NCBI GenBank assembly: GCA_043811375.1
Contig: JBDRNJ010000019.1
Span: 39,755 to 103,754, forward strand
DNA length: 64,000 nucleotides
Direction of reading: 5' to 3'
From: a bacterium
GTDB lineage: Bacteria > Zixibacteria > MSB-5A5 > GN15 > FEB-12
The position numbers and the translations under genes were made by a program. The notes below the pieces were generated by a model that saw nothing but the letters and a program-made list of their open reading frames with translations, had not been told where the DNA came from and did no database searches. Below are positions 29,878 through 38,451 of this stretch, one piece after another. Each line of letters begins with the position of its first letter. Within the stretch, counting starts at the first letter, position 1.

Positions 29878-30053
29878 ACTACGAGATTGCCAGGTATATT
29901 TTCATTATCGTTTGAGCGGTCATTTCTACCGCTCCCAAGTCGATATACTAAGTAAACTCGGATTTCGATCCGCAGGATTGGAGCCTTGTAGTGGCTCGTG
30001 GTTGGGAAGAAATCATTCAAGTGTAATTTTTTCACACTATCGCAGGAGGAAAA

Positions 30054-33000
30054 ATGGTCAGAAAAACAACGATTATCGTCTTTGGGCTGATTCTGCTGGT
30101 AGCCATGGCGCTGCTGGCCGGGACAGACAGACAGCCCACGGTGGAGGAGTTGCGGGCACTGCGAGTGCATTCAGCCGCAGAGGCGCCTGATATCGGCGAT
30201 TGGCAACCACCGACCAGCGCTGACCAGGTCTCCCCTGCCGCCATATTTATAGTTAACACAACGGCCGACGTCGGCGCGGGAAGCCTGAGAGATGCCATAA
30301 ATCAGGCTAATACCAATCTGGGGCATGATATTATCAACTTCAACATCGCCCCACCGGGCGGAGTTCACACCATTGCGCCGCTATCTCCATTGCCGTGGCT
30401 GCTGGACCCGTCAGGAGTGACCATTGATGGCACTACTCAGCCGGGTGCCGCCGTAGGAGCCTCGCCCCCATCGAGCCTGATTCTGAAAATCGAGCTTGAC
30501 GGCACCAATATCACTGCCGGCGGCGGCTGGGCCTTCGGCAACATGCGCGGGCTGGTGGCGCAATCGGACAACGACACCATTCAGGGGTTAATTGTAAACA
30601 ACTGGTGGGAGAGTGGCATCTGCATCCAGGGCGGTCCCATAAATCAATATGCCCGACACTGCTTAGTCCAGTGGAACATCGTCGGCATGGATTCAACCGG
30701 AACAGTGTGCAAGGGCAATGGTGTCGGCCAGCAAGCCCTCTGGGCGGGTATCTGCATCTGCAACTCACCTAAAGATGAAATGACACCGGCCTATGCCTTC
30801 ATGAACACAATCCAAGAAAACCTGTCATCGTGCAACTACACTGAGGGAATCACTGTTGTCGGTCCCGTACAGCCTGGTGATGTACACTCAAACCACGTTT
30901 TGCGCAACTACACCGGTACGGACATCAACGGAACGGCCGATCGGGGTAATGTCCACGAGGGGATCTGCCTGTGCGAGGGGACTCACGATAACCGAGTGCG
31001 CCGGAATCTTTCTTCCGGAAACGATTACGACGGTATCGGTCTTCAGGGCTACAACAACGAGCCGTTTGCTGCGCCCCCAATCCTAACCCACGCCAATCAA
31101 ATTGATTCCAATATCGTCGGTCTCGATGTTTACGGTAATCCACTGTCGAACACAATGGCCGGTATTACCATCGGCGAATACGGCCCAAGCCAGTGGGGTT
31201 GTGCTGATAACAATATAATTATGTACAACACTATAGCTGAAAACGGATGGGATGGTGTGGCCGTCTGGGAGGATCCGATCAACAGCTTCAATGCTGACCA
31301 TAATCAGATCACTCAGAACTCAATTTTCGACAATGATAGCCTGGGGATTGACCTGCAAAATGACTATGTGACCCCCAACGATGGCCCGGCCGACCCGGAC
31401 AGCCTCGCCAACCAGGAGATGAACTTCCCTGTCATAACGAGTGTTACCTACTCAGTCGGTAACACGACCATCAATGGTACGCTGAGTACTCCTTTACCGA
31501 ATACGGGCATCGTGGAAGTGTTTCAAGCCAGGCTTGACCTGAGTGGCTATGGAGAAGGAGAGAGGTATCTTGGTTCCACGGTACCTGATGCTGCAGGAAA
31601 CTGGAGCCTCACGGATGCAACGTTGGTACCGGGAGATTCCGTTACAGCTACCGCAACCGACTCATTCTTCAACACCTCGGAGTTCTGCGCCACCGTGCCG
31701 GTCGGAGGCGGCGGAACGGATCCTGATACCTGCGAGTATTATAAGCCGGCCTATGTCGATTATGCTCCGGCCGGAATGCCGGATTTCGACCAGAAGCAGT
31801 ACAACTGGTTCTGTCCCTCGACCACTGCCTGGTCACACTGTGGCCCGGTGGCGCTGGCCAACTGCTTCTGGTGGTTTGACTCCAAGTTTGAGACCAGCGG
31901 TACACCACCACCGGCCTACGCCGACAACTACCCGCTGGTGCAAAACTACGTGGCGGGAGCCGATGACCACGACAGCACCAACGTACAGCCGTTTGTCGAT
32001 TCACTGGCCTTGTACTGTCAAACCAATGCCGGCACCAGCTGCGGTACCAGTGTCTTCGATCTGGCTAAGGGCGCTCAGGACTGGCTCGACAGCGTCGGGC
32101 TGGGTAGCAAGTACAATATCCAGGTGGTACCGATGGACATGGCCTATGGCTTCGAGTACCTCCGCAAGCAGGTGCTTGATTGTCAAGACGTCATCCTGCT
32201 GATCGGGTTCTGGCAGGAGCAGACACCAGGCTACTGTGAGCGGCGCGGCGGGCACTTCATGACCATAGCGGGAGTCTGCACCGATCCGTCCGACTCCGCC
32301 CTGTGCTTCTCCGATCCATACTACGATCTTAACGAAGGTGATCCCCCGGGACCACCGGTTCATAACGCCGGCGTTCATAACGATGCGCAGTTTGTCTCCG
32401 GTCCTCACGGGACGATGCATCACGACAAGTACTATGTTGATTCTTCGACCTGCCAGGCGACGGGTCAGCCGTTCTTCCTGGAGTTGCGAAATTACGCCTC
32501 CAATCCAGGCTGGGTAGCCAATTTCGACGGCCAGAACCGTTTTGATACGCTGATCGACCCGACCCCACCGAATGCCAATCCAGTGCATGCGTTGCTCGAG
32601 TTCGCCGTGGTGATCTGCCCGGTGGTAGAACCGAAACTTGGCAAGGTGAAACACAACACCGACGGCTACGAGCCCGGTGACGGCAGCCCGATTGGTACTA
32701 ATTGGCATGAACTGTGGCCGAATTACTGCGAAAACTGGGTATGCAGCAGTTGGGTGGACAACGGCGATGGTATCCTCAGCTACTGCGATACCATCGACTT
32801 CGTGCACATTCCCACCGGCCGCAAGATATGGGAGCATGTCGAGGTAGTCACGCCGACCATTACGGTTACGGACGTATCCGACCCGACAAACACCACTTAT
32901 CTCGATCTCATCGACCCCAATCCTATGTGCACGCTGCTTACCAGTCCCGTCGGCACTTACTGGCATGAGGTCCATCCGAACTACTGTACGGTCTGGCAGA

Positions 33001-35423
33001 TTACAAACTGGACTGATAATGGCAACGGCTATCTCGACTATTGCGACTGGATAGATATCGAAACTTCCGGCGGTGGCGCCACCGCGTACGTTCATGTCGA
33101 GGCGTTCGAGACCGATATCATCACCACGCCGCTGCCGATACCGGACGCCGATGAATACGACCACAACCTCGACGGCTACCACCCTTCGATGGGCGATCCC
33201 TCAGGCACCCAGTGGCATGAACTGTGGCCCAACTATTGCGAGATGTGGGATTTGACCGAGTGGCGTGACAACGGCGATGGTGTTCTCAGTTACTGCGATA
33301 CCATTAAGTTCGAATATCCCGGCGATCCTGACTCGGTTATCTGGAAGCATATCGAGGAGGTCACACCGACGATCAAGGTCACCAATGAACTGGATACACT
33401 GTACCTTGATTTCATGTGTGGCAACCCAATGGTTGAGGATATTGATGATCCTATCTATACTTTCTGGCACGAGGTATATCCAAACTTCTGCGTGCGCCGG
33501 ATGTGTATCGGCTGGACCGACAACGGTAGTGGGATTCTTGACTCCTGTGACTACATTCAGTTGGAGCTTCTCGATGGACCGGATTCAGGCACCGTCATGG
33601 AATATCATGTGGAGGCTTGGGAAACCGACATCGTCACCACTATCCTCGATATCGAGGAACCGCCGGTGCCGACACCCGGCAAGGTCAAGCATAACCTTGA
33701 CGGCTACAAACCAACTGACGGCAGTCCAATCGGGTCTGATTGGCACGAGTTGTGGCCCAATTACTGCGTCAACTGGGCCTGCAGCAGTTGGCACGACAAC
33801 GGTGACGGCATACTGAGCTACTGCGATACTATCGACTTCGTGGACATGGCTACCGGCCGCAAGATCTGGGAGCACGTCGAACTGGTGACACCTACCATAG
33901 AGGTTACCGACACTATTGTTTCGACCAACATCATGTTCCTCGATCAACTCGATCCCAACCCGCTGTGCACCACGCTGACAGACCCCGTCGGCACCTGGTG
34001 GCACGAGGTGTACCCCGGCTACTGCACGGTCTGGCGGCTCACCGCCTGGACCGACAACGGTAACGGCTATCTTGACTACTGCGATTTTATCGACTTTGAA
34101 CTGCCCGACGGTTCCGGATACTGGGCGGCTCACGTGGAGGCGTTCGAGACCGATATCGTAACCACCCCGTTGCCGATTCCGGATGCCGACGAGTACGACC
34201 ATAACCTTGACGGCTACCGACCGGCCGATGGTGATCCCACCGGAACCCGGTGGCATGAGCTCTGGCCCACCTTCTGCCGCATGTGGAATCTGGTTGAATG
34301 GCGGGACAATGGCGATGGTTATCTCAGCTTCTGCGATACGATCAAGTTCGCCAACCCGTCAGTTCATGATACCGTGATCTGGAAGCACGTCGAGGATGTG
34401 ATGCCGACCATCAAGCTCTGGGACGGTTCTGATACATCATATTTTGACCATATGTGCGGCAATACGATGGTGGTAGACATCACCAATCCGATCAACACCT
34501 ACTGGCACGAGATCGTCCCGAACTTCTGTCAGCGGTCAATCTGTGTCGGTTGGGCAGACAACGGCAACGGCTTCCTCGACTCCTGCGACTACATTGACCT
34601 GATGAAGATTGATGGAGCCGATTCCGGTACTGTGAGAAACTACCACGTCGAGGCCTTTGAAACCGATATCGTCACGACCATCATCCCGGATCCAACGCCG
34701 CCGTCTGACAGCCTGATAATGCTTGACACGGTCTACAACATCAATCCAGCCGGAGAGTTGCCAGCCGGACCGCTGCTGAAGTTCATGATGCGGTGGAAAT
34801 ACACTGTCGGCAGCGCAGTCACGGCCTTCGCGAATGGCTTCCGGGTCTACTCGCCTGACGGCGCCACCTGGCAGCCGATTGTCATCGATACCGTCAGCCG
34901 CGGTTGGCCAAGCCGGTTCGATCTAAACTTCGGCTTTACATACAACAGCGCCAATGGCTCCGGTGCCGACACTGCCGGTGTCGCCGGAGTAAGCATGCTC
35001 GGCAGCGGTATCCCGTCACCGTTTGACTCGCTTGTCTGGTGGATCGAGACCAGGGTGTCGATTGTCGATACCGGCAAAACCCTGTGTATCGACTCGTCAT
35101 TCTTCCGGACCAGCGGCGTGTGGACATGGGCAACCTCGCCCACGCCTGGCGGCTTTCCACCCGCCTGGACCGGACCGCACTGCTACAAGATTGTTGCCTG
35201 CTGCAATCACGACGGACTCCGCGGCGATGCCGACTACAGCATGACGTTGGATGTCGGGGACCTGACCTACCTGGTCGCTTACCTCTTCCAGAGCGGACCC
35301 ACTCCACCCTGTTATGAGGAAGGTGATGTGGACGGCTCCGGGTTCATTGATGTCGGTGACCTTACTTACCTGGTGGCTTACTTGTTCCAGGGAGGTTCGA
35401 CACCAGCGGCCTGTCCTCCGTAG
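30054..35423 (+). CDS. 1789-aa secreted multidomain protein: beta-helix, papain/C39-like protease domain, 8 Trp/Cys repeats, cohesin-like domain, dockerin
   Basis: AGGAGG RBS; VNTTADVGAGSLRDAI then Asn/Gly-rich beta-helix repeats; DQ...CGPVALAN...GHFMTIAG...SDP; 8x WHExxPxxC...WxDNGxGxLxxCD; terminal duplicated DVGDLTYLVAYLFQ. Confidence 0.8.
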   Translation: MVRKTTIIVFGLILLVAMALLAGTDRQPTVEELRALRVHSAAEAPDIGDWQPPTSADQVSPAAIFIVNTTADVGAGSLRDAINQANTNLGHDIINFNIAPPGGVHTIAPLSPLPWLLDPSGVTIDGTTQPGAAVGASPPSSLILKIELDGTNITAGGGWAFGNMRGLVAQSDNDTIQGLIVNNWWESGICIQGGPINQYARHCLVQWNIVGMDSTGTVCKGNGVGQQALWAGICICNSPKDEMTPAYAFMNTIQENLSSCNYTEGITVVGPVQPGDVHSNHVLRNYTGTDINGTADRGNVHEGICLCEGTHDNRVRRNLSSGNDYDGIGLQGYNNEPFAAPPILTHANQIDSNIVGLDVYGNPLSNTMAGITIGEYGPSQWGCADNNIIMYNTIAENGWDGVAVWEDPINSFNADHNQITQNSIFDNDSLGIDLQNDYVTPNDGPADPDSLANQEMNFPVITSVTYSVGNTTINGTLSTPLPNTGIVEVFQARLDLSGYGEGERYLGSTVPDAAGNWSLTDATLVPGDSVTATATDSFFNTSEFCATVPVGGGGTDPDTCEYYKPAYVDYAPAGMPDFDQKQYNWFCPSTTAWSHCGPVALANCFWWFDSKFETSGTPPPAYADNYPLVQNYVAGADDHDSTNVQPFVDSLALYCQTNAGTSCGTSVFDLAKGAQDWLDSVGLGSKYNIQVVPMDMAYGFEYLRKQVLDCQDVILLIGFWQEQTPGYCERRGGHFMTIAGVCTDPSDSALCFSDPYYDLNEGDPPGPPVHNAGVHNDAQFVSGPHGTMHHDKYYVDSSTCQATGQPFFLELRNYASNPGWVANFDGQNRFDTLIDPTPPNANPVHALLEFAVVICPVVEPKLGKVKHNTDGYEPGDGSPIGTNWHELWPNYCENWVCSSWVDNGDGILSYCDTIDFVHIPTGRKIWEHVEVVTPTITVTDVSDPTNTTYLDLIDPNPMCTLLTSPVGTYWHEVHPNYCTVWQITNWTDNGNGYLDYCDWIDIETSGGGATAYVHVEAFETDIITTPLPIPDADEYDHNLDGYHPSMGDPSGTQWHELWPNYCEMWDLTEWRDNGDGVLSYCDTIKFEYPGDPDSVIWKHIEEVTPTIKVTNELDTLYLDFMCGNPMVEDIDDPIYTFWHEVYPNFCVRRMCIGWTDNGSGILDSCDYIQLELLDGPDSGTVMEYHVEAWETDIVTTILDIEEPPVPTPGKVKHNLDGYKPTDGSPIGSDWHELWPNYCVNWACSSWHDNGDGILSYCDTIDFVDMATGRKIWEHVELVTPTIEVTDTIVSTNIMFLDQLDPNPLCTTLTDPVGTWWHEVYPGYCTVWRLTAWTDNGNGYLDYCDFIDFELPDGSGYWAAHVEAFETDIVTTPLPIPDADEYDHNLDGYRPADGDPTGTRWHELWPTFCRMWNLVEWRDNGDGYLSFCDTIKFANPSVHDTVIWKHVEDVMPTIKLWDGSDTSYFDHMCGNTMVVDITNPINTYWHEIVPNFCQRSICVGWADNGNGFLDSCDYIDLMKIDGADSGTVRNYHVEAFETDIVTTIIPDPTPPSDSLIMLDTVYNINPAGELPAGPLLKFMMRWKYTVGSAVTAFANGFRVYSPDGATWQPIVIDTVSRGWPSRFDLNFGFTYNSANGSGADTAGVAGVSMLGSGIPSPFDSLVWWIETRVSIVDTGKTLCIDSSFFRTSGVWTWATSPTPGGFPPAWTGPHCYKIVACCNHDGLRGDADYSMTLDVGDLTYLVAYLFQSGPTPPCYEEGDVDGSGFIDVGDLTYLVAYLFQGGSTPAACPP
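32640..34700 (+). repeat. Intragenic hierarchical tandem duplication (two 1038-bp units, each with four roughly 85-aa repeats)
   Basis: GGCAAGGTGAAACACAAC at 32640 recurs as GGCAAGGTCAAGCATAAC at 33678; repeat order A-B-A'-B' occurs twice. Confidence 0.9.
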
Positions 35424-35462
35424 CGTCGAAAATACGGGAACCGACGGTTCCCCTTAATAGAT

Positions 35463-35502
35463 TCGGCCACCACTGCAAAAGCAGAGGTGGCCGATTTGTT
35501 TC
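35463..35502. terminator. Hairpin terminator between convergent genes
   Basis: TCGGCCACCACTGC-AAAA-GCAGAGGTGGCCGA followed by TTTGTTT. Confidence 0.7.
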
Positions 35503-35538
35503 AAACGAGTTTTCTGACTCAAAGCGAGCTAAACCAAC

Positions 35539-38394
35539 CTACGGACAGTTTATAGCACCTCCCTGAAACAGGTAAGCGACCAAGGCCGTGATGTCGCCCA
35601 CGTCTACTCCGGCGTCGGCATTCACATTGGCGGCATCCAACACCGGTGGCGGCGGGCCACTCTGGAACAGATAGGTCACCAGATACATCAGGTCACCCAC
35701 GTCCGGAATTACGCCACTGCCATCGATATCACCGCAGATCCAGGCCGCCTCAACGACCAGGCTCAACAATTGCTCGTCGCTGCTGCCGGGAAAGTCGGCC
35801 ACTTGAGCCGTAAAACTGATGTTGCCGGTGTCAGTCGGCGTCCCCGCAAGCAACCCGTCGGTGCCCAGTGTCAGACCGGTGCCGACCAAGTCACCATTCT
35901 TGTCGATCCAAGTCCTGGTTCCGGTGCCGCCGCTGGCGGCCAGTTGCTGAGAGTAGACTTCTCCCTCCGTGCCGTTCGGCAGGGTGGTGGTGGATATACC
36001 AACCGCCGGGTTGATAGTAAATTCAAAGTACTTTTCAGTAGTGCTGTCCAACTCATCGGTAACCAGAGCAGTGAACGACATCAGCCCGGATGAGTTGGGA
36101 GTGCCGGATACCAACCCCGCTGACGATAACGCCAGACCGGTCCCGACCAGGTCATTATTCTTGTCGGTCCAGGTCTTGGTTCCGGTGCCACCGACTGACT
36201 GTAACTGCTGAGAATACGACTGATCCACCGTCCAGGCCGGTATGGTGTCGGTATCCACATAGAATACATAGGCATCACAGTCATAAACGCGCACCCAGAT
36301 ATCATCGACCCCCGCCTCGACCACCGACCCGCTGCCCAGATCGGAAACCTCAAAAAGTAACCGCATCTGCGATGTCGGAGTGACGAAATCCCCGGCGAAG
36401 AAAGTATGTTCGTACCAGTCGCCGGTGGCCTGTTCGGTCGGTCCGGCCGAATCGACCACGGTCCAGGAACTGCCATTATTGTTGGAAATGTACACCCTCA
36501 TGACATCGGCAAACGGTGCCGCGCCAAAATGATTGGAGTACCAGCGCGCGTAATGAACCTGACCATCACCCGTTGACAGGTCGAAAGCAGGCGACTGAAG
36601 GTTGGTCGTGCCGCCGTCGACATCGGAGTTGCCGTAGAGGTTGTCGGTCAGGTAGCACTGCCCGGAACCATCATAATCGGTCGGCGGATCACCTCGATCA
36701 CCACCGCCGGCCGGGACACCCCGATCCCACTGTCCGTCGATAGCATCCCCGGAGACGGTCCAGCCCTTGTCGGTCTCGAAATCATCCTCAAAGACAGTCA
36801 TGAAGCTGGTGGCCACCAGAGCGGCGTATGGTCTCGACGTATCCGCCGGGTCGTAGACGGTTCCTTCCGTGGCTTCATCGACACTGACGAAGAAAGCGAA
36901 GTGAGTACCACAAGTCTCGGCCGGCAGGGTGGCCTGGTAGTTATTGCTGTAAACCTCGGTCATGGAAACGGTCGTGTAGCTACCGCCGTCAATGGCATAA
37001 TGCAACTGGCCGCTGCCGCCCACCGGGCTGCCACCCCAGGCGCCGGTGACGACCACATCGAACGTGGTGGGAATACCCGGGCTGAGCATGTCGGGTACGC
37101 CACCCGGATACTGAAATGCCAGTGACGGTCGCGGTCCGGCGGTAGCACTGACAGTGTAGGCCGTAGCCAGCGAGGCTTTCACCAATTTCGTCATATAGGC
37201 AAAGTCCATGTAAGTTGTACTGTCCTGATAGGTGTGATAGACCGACGAAAAAATCCACTCAATGGCGAAAGTGACCGTGTATCCATCCTGAGCAAACGGG
37301 TAGTGATCCGACCCACCAGAGCTGCCGGACAGCACACCCTTGATATTCACCAGCGAGTCAGCCAGATCCCGCCACAGTTCGGTGTAGCTGAGTTCACTGC
37401 CGTGGTAAAGGGTTACGGAATCGGTATTCTCGTAGTGCCCGATCATGTCCATATTGAGCATATAGACGATACTGTCGCCGCGGGCACCAGCCTCATCGAC
37501 GTAGTGATAGGCACCATACAGACCGTTCTCCTCGGCGTCGAAAAGGACAAAGATGAACGTCATGTCGGTTTCAACATCGGTCAGCACGCGGGCGATCTCC
37601 AGCACACCGGCCGAACCGGAACCGTTGTCATCGGCGCCGGGCGAGGCGGGTACGGCGTCACGATGGGCGCCCACAATCACGTGATGGTTGGGAAACTGGG
37701 TCCCGATTTTGTAGGCGATGACATTCTGGCACTCCGTCGGCGTTCCGGAGATAGATGCCTGAAAACTGTCAATGACAACCGAGTCGTAGCCGAAATCGGC
37801 AAACTTGGCCGCTGCCCAGTCTCGACTCACGTAGTTGGAGTCGGAACCGGCCGGTCGCCGCCAGAAGGCCTGCAGACGTTCAGTATACGACAGCAGGGAG
37901 TCCTGGCTTACCAGCCCTATCAGCGAATCCATATCAGCCGCCTGAGGCAGGAGTGACTTATCGACAGCATAAATTTCACGATAGACAATCCGTGGTTGAC
38001 GCGAACCGATAGGGAACACCTGCGGAGGGTGTTCCATACGATCCAGTTCAGCAGCATCGATTTCAAATAGACGCATGTTACCGGATTCATATATCATAGG
38101 CAGGCGGTCGACATTGGCTCGATCCAGACGGCCGTCAATCGCCAATCGCGAACGCTGAAGTTCGGTCGCCAGCAGGTGATAATCCAGACCGGATTCTCGA
38201 AGTCGATCCATGGCATCGGCATCGACCAGAACCAGGTAGCCGTTTTGCACCCGCAGCACCGGGTCAGTGCCGGCGCCAATCAGGCGATCAGCGTCGGTCG
38301 CGCTTTCCACCACGACCTCATACAGATCAGCCGCAGCGGCTACGCCGCCAAACAGAGTGCTCACGACCAGAAGTAGTACCAGTTTCTTCAGCAT
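35539..38394 (-). CDS. Secreted M28 metallopeptidase with jelly-roll domain, two He_PIG/Ig-like repeats and dockerin
   Basis: GAHRD, PGADDNGSG, FDAEENGL, LNMDMIG, SDH, YHTYQD; Ig-like YSQQL...GG...GL-x-L...GL-x-SGTP; CGDIDGSG...DVGDL. Confidence 0.9.
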   Translation of the reverse strand: MLKKLVLLLVVSTLFGGVAAAADLYEVVVESATDADRLIGAGTDPVLRVQNGYLVLVDADAMDRLRESGLDYHLLATELQRSRLAIDGRLDRANVDRLPMIYESGNMRLFEIDAAELDRMEHPPQVFPIGSRQPRIVYREIYAVDKSLLPQAADMDSLIGLVSQDSLLSYTERLQAFWRRPAGSDSNYVSRDWAAAKFADFGYDSVVIDSFQASISGTPTECQNVIAYKIGTQFPNHHVIVGAHRDAVPASPGADDNGSGSAGVLEIARVLTDVETDMTFIFVLFDAEENGLYGAYHYVDEAGARGDSIVYMLNMDMIGHYENTDSVTLYHGSELSYTELWRDLADSLVNIKGVLSGSSGGSDHYPFAQDGYTVTFAIEWIFSSVYHTYQDSTTYMDFAYMTKLVKASLATAYTVSATAGPRPSLAFQYPGGVPDMLSPGIPTTFDVVVTGAWGGSPVGGSGQLHYAIDGGSYTTVSMTEVYSNNYQATLPAETCGTHFAFFVSVDEATEGTVYDPADTSRPYAALVATSFMTVFEDDFETDKGWTVSGDAIDGQWDRGVPAGGGDRGDPPTDYDGSGQCYLTDNLYGNSDVDGGTTNLQSPAFDLSTGDGQVHYARWYSNHFGAAPFADVMRVYISNNNGSSWTVVDSAGPTEQATGDWYEHTFFAGDFVTPTSQMRLLFEVSDLGSGSVVEAGVDDIWVRVYDCDAYVFYVDTDTIPAWTVDQSYSQQLQSVGGTGTKTWTDKNNDLVGTGLALSSAGLVSGTPNSSGLMSFTALVTDELDSTTEKYFEFTINPAVGISTTTLPNGTEGEVYSQQLAASGGTGTRTWIDKNGDLVGTGLTLGTDGLLAGTPTDTGNISFTAQVADFPGSSDEQLLSLVVEAAWICGDIDGSGVIPDVGDLMYLVTYLFQSGPPPPVLDAANVNADAGVDVGDITALVAYLFQGGAINCP

Positions 38395-38451
38395 CGTCAG
38401 TTCCTTTCAGCAATCATGTGGTATTACACTTTCTTCTATTCTTAACCGTTA

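Noticed and set aside
32640..34700. Repeats as a CRISPR array or DGR template/variable pair
   Set aside because: They are long, in-frame and diverge mostly at synonymous sites; there are no spacers, no adenine-specific pattern, and no cas or reverse transcriptase gene in the window.
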